64,000 nucleotides of DNA, taken from assembly GCA_965261395.1 (NCBI GenBank), contig OZ253462.1, forward strand, positions 5,920,001 through 5,984,000, in the 5' to 3' direction. A program made the translations under genes and the position numbers. Below are positions 48,231 to 59,300 of this stretch, piece after piece (within the stretch, counting starts at the first letter, position 1; each line of letters starts with the position of its first letter). The notes below the pieces were generated by a model. It saw only the letters and a list, made by a program, of their open reading frames with translations, ran no database searches and had not been told where the DNA came from. The stretch is from Candidatus Latescibacterota bacterium (GTDB lineage Bacteria; Latescibacterota; UBA2968; UBA8231).

Positions 48231-51200
48231 ATGCACCTTGAGAGGAGGAAGTGGTCGGCGGCACTAGGCGCGGCCCTGTTTTGCGCTTTGCTCGCACTGC
48301 CGGCGTTCGCTGGCAACGGTAAGATCGCCGGCGTGGTACGAGATGATTCCGGGCAGGCATTGCCCGGGGCTAATGTGGTCGTCGAAGTCGGCGGCGAGAG
48401 AGCCGGTACTACCGCCGACGACAAGGGACGTTATTTCTTGCTCAATATCCCCCCCGGCACATACTCGGTCGAAGCTAGTTACATAGGGCACCAGACGGTG
48501 CGCCAAACCCAGGTCGAGGTCCGCTTGGACCTGACGACGACGGTCGATTTCGGGCTCAAGACCGAGGCGATTGAAGGCGAGACGATAACGGTGGTCGCCG
48601 AGGCACCGCTGGTCGAGCGCTCGCTGACGACCAGCCGCGCGACGATCGGCCGCGCCGAGCTCAACAACACCATGCCGGTGGCCGACTTGCAGGACCTGAT
48701 TAACACGACGCCGAGCGTGTTCCGCGGCTACATCCGCGGCGGGCGCAAGGCCGAGGCCAAAGTGCTCGTCGATGGGATCGACGTGTCGGATACGTATTTC
48801 CGCGCCGGCGAAGGCCTAGTCACTTGGAACCCCTATGTAGATGTCAATCGCACCTCGGACGGCGAGTTCACCGCGGTCGGCGTCAACGCCAGCAACGTGC
48901 AGTCGCTGGACATTATCGCCGGCACCTTCAACGCCGAGTACGACGCGGCTAGCGCTGGTATCGTCAATGTCGTCACTCGCGAAGGCGGCGATGAGTTAGA
49001 GGGGCGGCTGTTTGTCCGCCGCGGCGTCAGCGGCTACAAAAACGCTGGCCCCGAGGTCTATGCGGGGCTGGTCAACCCCGAGCCGGGCGACGACGGTAGC
49101 GTCGATGAGACGACCTATTTTGACCGCTACCTGCAGTCGCGCGACGCCTTGCTAGCCTCCGAGGACGAGGCCGACAAGGCCAAGGCCGACAATTACTACA
49201 TTTTCGACCCCGAGCAAGTTACCTACGGCAACAATCCCTCCACGGAGATGGAATTTTCGCTGGGGGGCAAGCTGTTGCCGCGCACTAATTTTTACTTGAC
49301 CACGCGCTATCTCAACGACGAGGGAGTCTTTCCCAACGCGCTCAATCGCTCGCAGCGCTATTCGCTCAAGCTGACGAATCGGCCTAGCCAGAATGTCAAG
49401 CTGACCGGCAACGTCATGATCGACGACGGTGGTGAGTTGGGAGGTTGGGTCAATCGCAACTTCAGCGGTCGCTACGCCTATTTCCCCGACGGGGCCTTGG
49501 GCAACAAGAAGCTGGGGACGATGGCCTATCTGGGGATGAGCCACTCGCTTTCTAACAATACCTTCTACGAGATCAAGCTCTCGCAGGTTACGCGCTCGAG
49601 CAAATTTGGCTACTCCGACGACAACGGCGACGGCATCGTCGAGACCAGCGAGAGTGGCGACTTCATCTTCATCGACAGCGCCGAAGAGTCGGAAAAGTAC
49701 CTAGGCGTTGACGGCTCTGGGGCCGACGCCGACGGCAACTTTACCTTTTTTACCACCAACCCCGGCAATTCGCGCAACTTCGACCTGCCCTTTGGCGACA
49801 ATCAGTACCGCTTGGCGCAGGCGGGCTTCTACTTTGAGGAGCTCAACCGCAACGTGATGCAGCTCAAGGCCGACATCACCCATCAGTACAACTACCACCA
49901 CCAGCTCAAGGCCGGCCTGCTGTTGCGCAGCCACACGGTCTCGAAGCTCATGCAGCGGACGCAGATTACGGTGGGCTATTCCAACCTGCCGTACGAGATC
50001 ACCGAATACGAGCGCAACCCAAGCGAGCTGGCCTTTTACGTACAGGACAAAGTTGAGTACGAGGGCATCATCCTAAACGCCGGCTTGCGGCTCGACAGCT
50101 TCAACGCAGACGCCGAGCAACTCACCGATTTTTTCCGCCCGTCTGAAGAGGCCGAATACACCTATGAAAGCGGCCAGACCCACACCTACCGCACCCCGAT
50201 TCGCGGTGAGGCGGTTGCAACGCGCTGGTACTTGCAGCCGCGGCTAGGGATTTCGCATCCGATCAGCGAGCAGGCCGCCATGCACTACTCGTGGGGCAAG
50301 TTCTACTCGACGCCGTCGTTTTCGTACCTCTATGAGGACTACGACAGCTTCACCAACCCAGCGTGGCCGAACCTGCCGGATGTCGAAGCGGACCCGACGA
50401 CGGCCACCGCGTACGAGATGGGCCTACAGTACAGCTTCGCGCCCGAGTACTTGTTCGACGTTACGGCCTATTACCGCGACATCGAAAACTACGGGCGGCT
50501 CGGCTTTACCATCAGCCCGGCCGACGCTGGCTTTGCCAACTACACTCTCAACACCAGCGGCGGGTACGCCGATAGCCGCGGTCTTGAGTTTGGAATAGAG
50601 CGCCGGTCGCAGAGCAAGATCAATGGCCGCGTCAACTACGCATATAGCTATATCAAGGCATCGCGCAACGGCAACAACTCGACGCCTTTCCCGGACAAAA
50701 ATTCGTTTTCGGTCAACGCCCCAACCGATGCCCAAGCCTTGGATACGGCACTGGCCAACAAGGAGCGGTTCAACACCTATGAGGCCAATGTCAACGGCGG
50801 TGGCAATCCATTGGTCACCGGCTACGACCGGGCCCACCGCATTTCCGTTACCCTGCTGGCCGAGTTGCCAGCACAGGTCGGTTTGACCTTGATCTCGACG
50901 GCTGAGAGCGGTTTCAACTACAATGTAACGGCCACTACGGACGATCCGCGTGAGCGCGAGACCCGGCAGGCCCTGTGGAATATGCGCACGGATCTGCGGC
51001 TCCACCGCGGCCTTGCGTTGGGCGGCTTGGCGCTAGGAGCCTTCTTTGAGGTGCGCAATCTCTTCGACCGCGAGAATATCCTTACGTGGGACAATCGCAA
51101 CATCGCCTCCACTGCCAAGTGGGAGGAAGATGGGGACCCGACTGGCAACCTCAACCGGGCCTTCACCGGCCAGAGCCAGGCGATTTACGACATCCCGCGC

Positions 51201-51233
51201 ATGGCCAATTTCGGCGTCACCGTGGATTTTTAG
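48231..51233 (+). CDS. TonB-dependent receptor with N-terminal carboxypeptidase-regulatory-like domain
   Basis: Signal peptide; GKIAG.V.D..G..LPGANV, IRGG, GTFNAEY..A..GIVN.VT.EG, Y.QDK.E, PRLGISHPI, C-terminal F. Confidence 0.92.
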   Translation: MHLERRKWSAALGAALFCALLALPAFAGNGKIAGVVRDDSGQALPGANVVVEVGGERAGTTADDKGRYFLLNIPPGTYSVEASYIGHQTVRQTQVEVRLDLTTTVDFGLKTEAIEGETITVVAEAPLVERSLTTSRATIGRAELNNTMPVADLQDLINTTPSVFRGYIRGGRKAEAKVLVDGIDVSDTYFRAGEGLVTWNPYVDVNRTSDGEFTAVGVNASNVQSLDIIAGTFNAEYDAASAGIVNVVTREGGDELEGRLFVRRGVSGYKNAGPEVYAGLVNPEPGDDGSVDETTYFDRYLQSRDALLASEDEADKAKADNYYIFDPEQVTYGNNPSTEMEFSLGGKLLPRTNFYLTTRYLNDEGVFPNALNRSQRYSLKLTNRPSQNVKLTGNVMIDDGGELGGWVNRNFSGRYAYFPDGALGNKKLGTMAYLGMSHSLSNNTFYEIKLSQVTRSSKFGYSDDNGDGIVETSESGDFIFIDSAEESEKYLGVDGSGADADGNFTFFTTNPGNSRNFDLPFGDNQYRLAQAGFYFEELNRNVMQLKADITHQYNYHHQLKAGLLLRSHTVSKLMQRTQITVGYSNLPYEITEYERNPSELAFYVQDKVEYEGIILNAGLRLDSFNADAEQLTDFFRPSEEAEYTYESGQTHTYRTPIRGEAVATRWYLQPRLGISHPISEQAAMHYSWGKFYSTPSFSYLYEDYDSFTNPAWPNLPDVEADPTTATAYEMGLQYSFAPEYLFDVTAYYRDIENYGRLGFTISPADAGFANYTLNTSGGYADSRGLEFGIERRSQSKINGRVNYAYSYIKASRNGNNSTPFPDKNSFSVNAPTDAQALDTALANKERFNTYEANVNGGGNPLVTGYDRAHRISVTLLAELPAQVGLTLISTAESGFNYNVTATTDDPRERETRQALWNMRTDLRLHRGLALGGLALGAFFEVRNLFDRENILTWDNRNIASTAKWEEDGDPTGNLNRAFTGQSQAIYDIPRMANFGVTVDF

Positions 51234-51246
51234 GAGGAATACTAAG

Positions 51247-53763
51247 ATGATTAAACGCATGAAAATTGCGTCCCGGCTGGCGACCGTGTTGGTGGTCGCC
51301 GCGGCCGGGACGATTGCCGCGCAAGAGGGCGGCGTGTTCACTGCTGGTGATCTGTGGGATTCCTTTTTTCCCAGCAACGCCGGTTCCTGGTACCGCGAGG
51401 TCGATGACGATCCGACTGCGCGCTTTACCCTCTTTCGCATCGGCAACTGGGATCGCCAGTGGACCACGCCGTCCCAAACCTATCCGGGCGGCGAGAATCT
51501 GCACCTGCCTTGGGGCCAAGATATGCAGATGATGGAATACAGCCCCGACGAGATCAATATCACCACTGATAGCAACGCGCCTCGGGCCAAGCAGTACTTG
51601 CACGGCTTTTATACCAACAACTTGGCCGGTGCTGGCGATGGGGCGCGCAACTTTACGAGCCCGGGAGCCTACTGGGCCGATGAAGGCCGCAATGAAATGC
51701 GCTACGAGGGCGCGATGCCGACGAATCTCGGCGTTGATGTGCGCTGGCGGATGCGGCAGTTTGCCGCCAATCACGCCAACCTCAACGACTTCATCGTCGT
51801 CGAGCTGGAATTGACCAACACCGGCGTGCTCGACGCCGATGGCGACGGCACGGCCGAAAAGACCGACAACCGCATCCACGCGCTGACGCTGCATATGCAA
51901 AACGAGCCGATCAATTCCATGACCAACCGCAACAATGGCCGTCGCGGTGCTTCGGGGTGGTTTACCGGCCCGACCTCGGGCTACGACGCCACTCCCGACG
52001 GCAGCGGCGCGCCTTGGGATACGCCAGTGATATTCACCGGGCCTTCGCCGGGTTCGCTCGGCGAGCCGCATCCGGTCTTTGGTTCGCCGACCGGCTGGTC
52101 AGCCGATGGCGCACGTCTGCTAGGCGTTACCATGCGTAGTCGGGGATACTACTACGACATCTACAATGGAATGCAGTGGATCGCCGCCAAACAGGGCGCG
52201 TTGCCAGCAAGCGGCAGCAGCGCCAGCGCGGAGGACAAGCGCACCATCTACGACAGCCATCCGGTCGGCGTGGATGCCGAGCGCGGTTGGTTCACCTCGG
52301 TGCTCAAAGACGATGGCGGCTACGCCAATCCGCGCGAGAACCACATCTATGCGATGGCCGCGTTTTTCGATGGCGACCAGAACGGCAGCCGCGCTTGGGA
52401 CAAGGGGGCGTCTATCCAGAACGAGAGCAACTTGGTGCCCGACCCCAACTGGTTCGATCCCAACCACTCGGACATCGTCCCCGGCGACCCGCTGTCGTTC
52501 GTCAATGCGGTGCGACCGGAAGGCGAGCGCGGCCAGCCGTTGGGCGACATGAAGTACAACAACACCTTCATCCAAAACTGGGAGGTCGATCCGAGCCGTT
52601 CGCTGGACGATCAGCCCGAGTGGGCGTGGACGCAGGGCTACTCGATTGACCACGGCTTCGACGGCATGTTGCAGGTGGGCATCGGCCCGTTCTCCTTGGA
52701 GGTGGGCGAGACCATCAACGTGGTGCTCGTGGAGTACGCGGGGTTCCGCTTGCAGGGCGCGCGCGCCGCGCGCAACACGGCGCAGTGGGTCTATGAAAAC
52801 AATTTCGAGGCCCCCTCGCCGCCGCCGACGCCCCACATAGAAGTAGCGCCCAACACGGATGTCAAAGTTGATGTCAAGTGGGACGACCGCGCCGAAGCGG
52901 CATCTGACTTTGCGGGCTACAAGGTCTATCGCTCGACGCTGTTCCCACGGGTCAATTCGCTCGATGTCGGTCTGCGCATCATCGACAGCTACCACCATCA
53001 GACCGAGGTCAATCCCACGGACGCGCAACTGGCCGCCTTTGGTGCCGACAACAACCCCAACATCAGCTCTGGAGCCTACAAGCCTCAGGAGCCAGCGGCG
53101 TGGGGTCCTTATCGGCTGATCGCCCACGTGCCTAGCAGCGAGTTGGGCAACTACCTCAACGACGGGCCGGACAGCGACGTGTTTAAATACAAGTTTGCCG
53201 ATAATAGCGACTTGGTGACCTTTGGGTTTACCTATTACTACTACGTTGCTGCGTACGATGAAGAGTCCGGCGAGATCAACGGCCAGCCCTTCAGTTCGTT
53301 GGAGACGCATCGGCACAACTTTAACGGCCGCGACGGGTTGTGGAAGGGCACGTACCACTACGCGACCGCTAGTTCGTTTTTCCCCGGCAGCTTGGAGGGG
53401 CAAAAGGACATTGGCGCGCCGTTTATTCTCAAAGCGCCGCTGGCCGATGCTGGCGAACTCACGAGCGGCGATCTCGCCATCCGCGTGGTGCCCAACCCCT
53501 ATAAGAAGGGCGCGTTACACGATACGGGCACCGAGCACAAGATGCTCTTCATCAACCTGCCAACCGGTACCAAGATCACCATCTTCGACGTGTCTGGGCA
53601 GGTCATCGACGTGCTCCACTTCGACAGTACCAACCCGTTCGACGGCACGCTGTTTTGGGACATGTTTTCCAAGGACGGCATCGAGGTAGCCAGCGGACTG
53701 TACATCTACGTGGCCGAGTACCCGGGTGGAGCGCAGACCGGGCACTTCGCCATTCTGCGCTGA
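51247..53763 (+). CDS. Secreted protein with Fn3-like domain and T9SS-type C-terminal sorting domain
   Basis: AGGAGG SD; signal peptide; FAGYKVYRS, YYYYVAAYD, IRVVPNPY...I.IFDVSG..I...WD...DG.EVASGLYIY...GHFAILR. Confidence 0.8.
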   Translation: MIKRMKIASRLATVLVVAAAGTIAAQEGGVFTAGDLWDSFFPSNAGSWYREVDDDPTARFTLFRIGNWDRQWTTPSQTYPGGENLHLPWGQDMQMMEYSPDEINITTDSNAPRAKQYLHGFYTNNLAGAGDGARNFTSPGAYWADEGRNEMRYEGAMPTNLGVDVRWRMRQFAANHANLNDFIVVELELTNTGVLDADGDGTAEKTDNRIHALTLHMQNEPINSMTNRNNGRRGASGWFTGPTSGYDATPDGSGAPWDTPVIFTGPSPGSLGEPHPVFGSPTGWSADGARLLGVTMRSRGYYYDIYNGMQWIAAKQGALPASGSSASAEDKRTIYDSHPVGVDAERGWFTSVLKDDGGYANPRENHIYAMAAFFDGDQNGSRAWDKGASIQNESNLVPDPNWFDPNHSDIVPGDPLSFVNAVRPEGERGQPLGDMKYNNTFIQNWEVDPSRSLDDQPEWAWTQGYSIDHGFDGMLQVGIGPFSLEVGETINVVLVEYAGFRLQGARAARNTAQWVYENNFEAPSPPPTPHIEVAPNTDVKVDVKWDDRAEAASDFAGYKVYRSTLFPRVNSLDVGLRIIDSYHHQTEVNPTDAQLAAFGADNNPNISSGAYKPQEPAAWGPYRLIAHVPSSELGNYLNDGPDSDVFKYKFADNSDLVTFGFTYYYYVAAYDEESGEINGQPFSSLETHRHNFNGRDGLWKGTYHYATASSFFPGSLEGQKDIGAPFILKAPLADAGELTSGDLAIRVVPNPYKKGALHDTGTEHKMLFINLPTGTKITIFDVSGQVIDVLHFDSTNPFDGTLFWDMFSKDGIEVASGLYIYVAEYPGGAQTGHFAILR

Positions 53764-53785
53764 ACCGAACAGGGGAGACTTGAAA

Positions 53786-54808
53786 ATGAAAGTGTTAAAA
53801 CTCATTACAGTGCTGGGGTTGGGCCTCTTGTTGGCGCAACCTGGGTTCGCCGATGTGCGCAAGTCTGGCCTGACCGGTGCCGCGTTTCTCAAGGTTGGTG
53901 TGGGAGCCAGACCGGTCGCGCTCGGCTCGGCCTATACGACCGTGGCCGGCGACGTCCACCAGCTATTCTGGAACCCAGCCGGCGCGGCCTTAAGCGGCGG
54001 CGAAAGCCAAGTGCTGCTGTCGCACAACTCGTGGATCGCGGATTTGTCGCACGACGCCATTGGGTTCGCGCGCGATATGGGCGACATGGGCACCTTGGGC
54101 ATTGGCGTGGTGACGCTCGGGTTGAGCGACATTGCCGCCGACCGCGACTTGGTGCCGCAGTTCGTACTCGATGCGGGAACGTTTGCGCCCAACGACACCG
54201 AGTCCTCGGATACCTACAGTTACCGAGATTTGGCCGTGGGCGCGACGTGGGCGCGCAACATTACCGATCGACTCAACTTAGGGGCGACCGGCAAGATCGT
54301 CAGCCAGACCATCGATGGCGTCAGCGCCACCGCGTACGCGGCTGATTTCGGCGCGCTCTACCGCGTCAATTCCACGTACACCATCGGCGCTCGGATCAAT
54401 AATCTGGGCAGCGATCTGACGTTCTACGACATTGGCGCGCCGCTGCCGCTGATATTTAGCATTGGCGCGGCAGCCGCCATCCTCGACGACCCAGACAGCG
54501 GCATGAAGGTTACTTTGCTCGCCGATGCCACCAAGCCGCAAGATGGCGAGCAGCTAGTGTACGCGGCGGCCGAGGTGGAGCTTTTCGACATGCTCAGTCT
54601 CCGCTCCGGCTACAAGCTCAACTACCAAGGCGTAGAGGACGACAAAGTCGATGAGGTCAGCGGCTCGGTCGTCCCGGCTGGCCGCAGCGAGGAGGGCCTG
54701 ACGGCTGGGCTGGGCCTCGAATTGAGTATGGCCACGGTCGATTACGCCTTTACCTCGTTTGGCATCCTCGACAGCGTGCATCAGTTCTCCTTGCAGTTCC
54801 GCTTCTGA
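53786..54808 (+). CDS. PorV/PorQ-like (FadL-superfamily) outer-membrane beta-barrel
   Basis: A.FLK.GVGAR..ALG.A, WNPAG, D.A.G..WA, A.D.G, DYAF...G.L..VH.FSL.F.F. Confidence 0.85.
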   Translation: MKVLKLITVLGLGLLLAQPGFADVRKSGLTGAAFLKVGVGARPVALGSAYTTVAGDVHQLFWNPAGAALSGGESQVLLSHNSWIADLSHDAIGFARDMGDMGTLGIGVVTLGLSDIAADRDLVPQFVLDAGTFAPNDTESSDTYSYRDLAVGATWARNITDRLNLGATGKIVSQTIDGVSATAYAADFGALYRVNSTYTIGARINNLGSDLTFYDIGAPLPLIFSIGAAAAILDDPDSGMKVTLLADATKPQDGEQLVYAAAEVELFDMLSLRSGYKLNYQGVEDDKVDEVSGSVVPAGRSEEGLTAGLGLELSMATVDYAFTSFGILDSVHQFSLQFRF

Positions 54809-54833
54809 GGCTGCGTTGCGATTGTGCTAAGAG

Positions 54834-54873
54834 AAAAAGCCTCCGGGGCCTCTGGGCCTTGGGGGCTTTTTTT
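54834..54873 (+). terminator. Intrinsic terminator ending the TBDR-CTD-PorV operon
   Basis: AAAAAGCCTCCGGGGCC-TCTG-GGCCTTGGGGGCTTTTTTT. Confidence 0.8.
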
Positions 54874-54914
54874 GTAAAGGCAGCATCCGCTGATCATTTG
54901 GAGGGAGGGACCAT

Positions 54915-56351
54915 ATGACAACTAAGCCCGTGCCGCATGAGGTGATACCTTGTGATCGGTTGCCGGCGGGACAGTACCGCGATCTACCCGAGCCGCCCCA
55001 TTGGCGCAAGCTGGTTGGGCCGAGCATCCTGCTGTTGGGGCTTTCGCTGGGCAGTGGGGAGTTCGTGCTCTGGCCCTATATAACGTATAAGTTCGGCTTC
55101 GTGGTGTTCTGGGCCTGCATGGTGGGGGTGCTGACCCAGTACTTCATCAACATGGAGATCGAGCGCTGGACTTTGGCTACCGGCGAGACCGCGGTGACCG
55201 GGTTTTGCCGCCTATGGTCGGGCTGGGCTGGGGTATTTCTCTTGTGCAATGTGGTCCCGTGGATGTGGCCGGGCTGGGCGTCTGGAGCGGCGACCATCCT
55301 GACTTGGGAGTTCGGCGGCGACGAGAGCGTGCGGGTCGGCTATTCGATCGCGAGCCTGTTGTTGGTCGGGTTGGCGCTGAGTTTGGGGCCGGTGGTGTAC
55401 CGCACGGTGGAGCGCATCCAGACGGTGCTGATCGCGGCGGTGCTGGTCCTGCTGTTGGTCATTTTCTTTTTGGTAGTAGAGCCTAGCCACGTGTGGGATT
55501 TGTGCAAAGGCATCGTCAATATCGGCCATATCCCAGAGGAGATGGAGTTGCCGCTCTTTTTGGGGGCCTTGGCCTTTGCTGGTGCTGGCGGAACGATGAA
55601 CTTGGCACAGAGCGATTTTGTCCGCGACAAAGGCTATGCGATGGGTGCGTACATGGGGCGGCTGACCAGCCCGCTGACTGGGCGGGAAGAGGCCGTGGAC
55701 GAGATCGGCTACCACTTCGAGCAGACGCCGGAGAACATGCGGCGCTGGCGCGGCTGGTGGCAGGCGGCCAATCGCGAACACTTGGTCACCTTCTACGCAC
55801 TCTCGGCCCTGTCGCTGATGCTGCTGTCGCTTATTGCCTACGCCACTACGCGGCAGGCACCCGGGCTGGAACAGGGCTTGGGGTTTATCGGCACTGAGGG
55901 CGACTTTATCGCGCAGGAGCGCGGCAGCTTTTTCAAGCACCTCTTCAACTGGATGGGCATCGCCATTTTGCTGACGACCGAGCTGGGGCTGTTGGACGCC
56001 TGTGCTCGCATCTCGACCGACATCGTCAAGACCAACTGGCTGCGCGAACACGCCAAGTGGACGCGGAACCGGCTCTACTTCATCCTGCTGTGGGCACAGA
56101 TTCTCTTCGGCATACTGATTATGCTTTCGGACTACAACAAGCCGGTGCAGTTGCTGGTCTTGAGCGCCTCGCTCAACGCGGGAGTCATGCTGCTGTACTC
56201 GGTATTGCTCTTGTGGCAGAACAACCGCGTACTCAAAGGGGCGTTGGCCATGCACCCGGTGCGCTTTGTGGCCTTGATTTGGGCCTGCGCCTTCTTCGGC
56301 TATTTCTCGTTTGTCACGCTGCGGGAGCAGTTGCCTAAGCTCTGGGGGTGA
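54915..56351 (+). CDS. Nramp-superfamily (YcsG-like) transporter
   Basis: VGPS..L.G...GSGE..LWP, E..RWT.ATGE, FAGAGG..N; multiple TM segments; canonical MntH DPGN motif absent. Confidence 0.75.
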   Translation: MTTKPVPHEVIPCDRLPAGQYRDLPEPPHWRKLVGPSILLLGLSLGSGEFVLWPYITYKFGFVVFWACMVGVLTQYFINMEIERWTLATGETAVTGFCRLWSGWAGVFLLCNVVPWMWPGWASGAATILTWEFGGDESVRVGYSIASLLLVGLALSLGPVVYRTVERIQTVLIAAVLVLLLVIFFLVVEPSHVWDLCKGIVNIGHIPEEMELPLFLGALAFAGAGGTMNLAQSDFVRDKGYAMGAYMGRLTSPLTGREEAVDEIGYHFEQTPENMRRWRGWWQAANREHLVTFYALSALSLMLLSLIAYATTRQAPGLEQGLGFIGTEGDFIAQERGSFFKHLFNWMGIAILLTTELGLLDACARISTDIVKTNWLREHAKWTRNRLYFILLWAQILFGILIMLSDYNKPVQLLVLSASLNAGVMLLYSVLLLWQNNRVLKGALAMHPVRFVALIWACAFFGYFSFVTLREQLPKLWG

Positions 56352-56357
56352 GGGGGT

Positions 56358-59300
56358 TTGCTACCGCCACTTCGTTTGGGATACAGCGGCAGCGATGCGC
56401 CACAGGAGCAAGCCTATGGGTCTCGGTGCCTAGGGGCTTGCTTTTTTCTGCTCTTGTTGGCCTCGCTCATAAGCCCGTCTATCGTCGCCGGGTCTGAGGC
56501 AGAGGTGCGTCTGCGGCGCACGGTGGAGGCGTTTTCCGCACCCGCCTCGCGGATGACAGGCTATCCGGGGGCCACGGTGGCCCGCGAGTGGCTGGTCGCT
56601 GAGCTAGAGAGCTTGGGGATAGCAGAATTCTATCGGCACGAGTTCCCGGTGTTGGTGCCAATCGACGAGGGATTCTGGCTCGAATGCGCAGGGGAGCGGC
56701 TCGAATTGTTTGGTGTCTGGCCCAACTTGGTGCGGACGCCGACCCTGCCGGCCGAGGGAATTGAGGGGCAGTTGGTGTACGGCGGGGATGGCAGCCGCCT
56801 CGAAGGGCAGCCGGTGGCCGGGCGGATCGTCCTGCTCGACTATGCCTCGGGCACAGCTTGGGTGGATGCGTTTCACTTGGGGGCCGCGGCCGTGGTGTTC
56901 TTGGAATCGGTCGGTGCCCATCGCAAGGAAGCCGAGCAGAAGTTCATCGATGTGCCGGCAGACTTGCCACGGCTGTATGCGCGCAGAGACGTGGCGGAAC
57001 GTTTGCGGGTGCTGGAAAAGTCGCGGGCGCAGGTGCGCTTGCGGGGGCGGATGGCGTGGCGGGAGGTGACTGCGGAGAACTTGGTCGCCGTGATTCCTGG
57101 GCAAGATGCGACACTAGGGGGGGAGGTCGTCTTCCTCGCCGCACATTACGACGCCATGTCGCCGGTGCCAGCGTTAGCACCGGGGGCCGAGCAAGCGGCG
57201 AGTGCGGCCGCGCTGTTGGAATTGGCTCGGGGGTTTGCCGCGCGGCCGCCCAAGCGCACGGTCGCGTTGTTGTGGATGGCCGGGCATTTCCAGAACATGG
57301 CGGGGATGCGCCATTTCGCGCCGTTGCTGCTGGCGGCTGCGGGTCAGCGGGAGGGCGGGGTGGAGGAGACCGCGCTTTTGCGGCGGCTCAGCGCGCTGGA
57401 GACGCGCTTTTTGGTGGGCTTGGATCTGTCGTCGCACAGCCCGCGGCTCGGAGCGTTCAGGCCGAAAGCTCCGTATCGCGTCTCATTGCTCGCGCCGCCG
57501 ATTACCGATCGCTTGCTAAAGCTGGTAACGGCATACGAGGATTCCGCGTTGGGGGGCAAGCGGGTGCTGGTCAATGGCCTGAAGCAGGACTTTGCCCGCC
57601 AAGGCTTGGGGGGGATGGGGCTGACAGTGCCGTTGGATGCGGCGGTAGCGGCCCTCGCCGGATGCCCGACGTTGGCCTTTTGCACGGTCAACGACAGCCG
57701 CGCTCGCTTTGACTCGCCGGATGATGACCCCGAGGCGGTGCGCTTTGACTGGTTGGCTGGTCAAGTTGCGCTGCTGCGGGATGTGCTGCCCGCGCTCATT
57801 GACGACCCGGACTTGGAGCCGTGGGTTTGGGGCAACGATGCGTTTGGCACCATTCGCGGGGAGGTGGTCCACTACGGGCCGCGCAGCTATCTGCCGGATC
57901 AGCCGACGGCTGGGGCGTTGGTGCGGGTGCGGCTGCGCCAGCCGACATTGGCTGGGGTGCGGCCGGATTTTTGGGCGGCGGCGGATGATTCGGGGCGGTT
58001 TGCCATTCCCGGGGTTGAGTCGGGTATCATTTACACGAAGCCGGTGCGGTTGGAGGCGTATGGGCTCGATGCGGAGACCGGGGCGGTGACGGCTGCGCCG
58101 GACTGGGGGATCAATGGGGAGCGCAAGTTGCCGGGGCGCGCGCTGACGGTGCAGATGGATGCCGCCGAGGATGAGATACAGATCGTCACTGCACCGCTGC
58201 GGGGGACGACGCTATTTGGGATTTTTGATCCACGCAATTTGCTGACCTTGGAGCGCGTGCAAGCGATTGACGCGGCGCTGGAAGCCGAGCCGGTGGTGTA
58301 CGGGGCCTGCCTGCCGCTGACGGCTCCGGAAATGGAGCTATTCAGCTATCAGAATCGGGTGGGGTCGTGGACGGAGCCGGTCGCCGTGATTTTTACCCAG
58401 CCTAGTCAGCGGTTCAAGGCCGTGATGGCGACGGGCCGCTATGGGTTGGGGCGACGCTTGCTGTTGCTCAATGGGACGGAGGATGCTCCGGGCGGGGTGG
58501 GCTATGCGGTCGATGGGAAGGGGCGCATCGTGGAGACGGTGTATCGGGTGGCTGTTGATATGCACACGCTCAATGGCGAGCGGATTGACCGACTGGAGCG
58601 ACACGGGGTGCGCAATGAGCGGCTGACGGCCTTTCACGAGCGGTCGGCCGGGTTGCTCAAAGAAGCAGCAGCGGCGCGCGCCGAGCACCGGCACCAAGAC
58701 TTTATCGATCGGGCGCGGCGCGCTTGGGCGCTGGCTGCGGCAGCCTATCGGGACGTGGAACGGACGCAAGCAGGAGTGGTGCAGGGCGCGCTCTTTTTGT
58801 TGGCCGTGCTGATTCCCTTTGCCCACTTTGCCGAGCGGTTGGCGTTTGGGTTTGCCGATTTGCGGCGGCAGGTATTGGGGTACTTCGCGCTCTTTCTCAT
58901 TGGCTTTGTCGCCCTGCGCTATGTGCATCCGGCCTTTGAGTTGTCGATCTCACCGGCGATCATTCTGCTCGGTTTTGTCATCTTGGCACTGGGGATTTTG
59001 GTCACGGCCCTGGGGATGTCGCGGTTAAATCGGGAGTTGCAGGCGTTGGGCGCTAGGCGCGGCCAGATCGCGGTGCAGCGGTCGGGCGCGGTGCTGACGT
59101 CGGTCGCCGTGGGGTTGGCGCATTTGCGGCGGCGGCCGTGGCGCACGGGGCTGACCTGTGCGACGCTGGTGCTGTTGACCTTTTCCGTGCTGTCCTTCAC
59201 GTCGATCCGCGCTGCGCTGCACACGAATTGGATTGCGATTGGCGCGGACGCGGCATACGAGGGGGCGTTGGTGCGGATGCCGGGCTGGCAGACAATGGAG

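Noticed and set aside
51046-51246. Upstream extension of the CTD protein
   Set aside because: Overlaps the TBDR; the AGGAGG SD points to ATG 51247
52120-53403. Long antisense/shadow ORFs (e.g. 52120-53403, 16527-17606, 55212-56255, 5791-6711)
   Set aside because: Expected opposite real genes in GC-rich DNA; no recognisable motifs
54915-56351. Calling the transporter mntH
   Set aside because: Lacks the DPGN and MPH metal-binding motifs; only superfamily-level similarity
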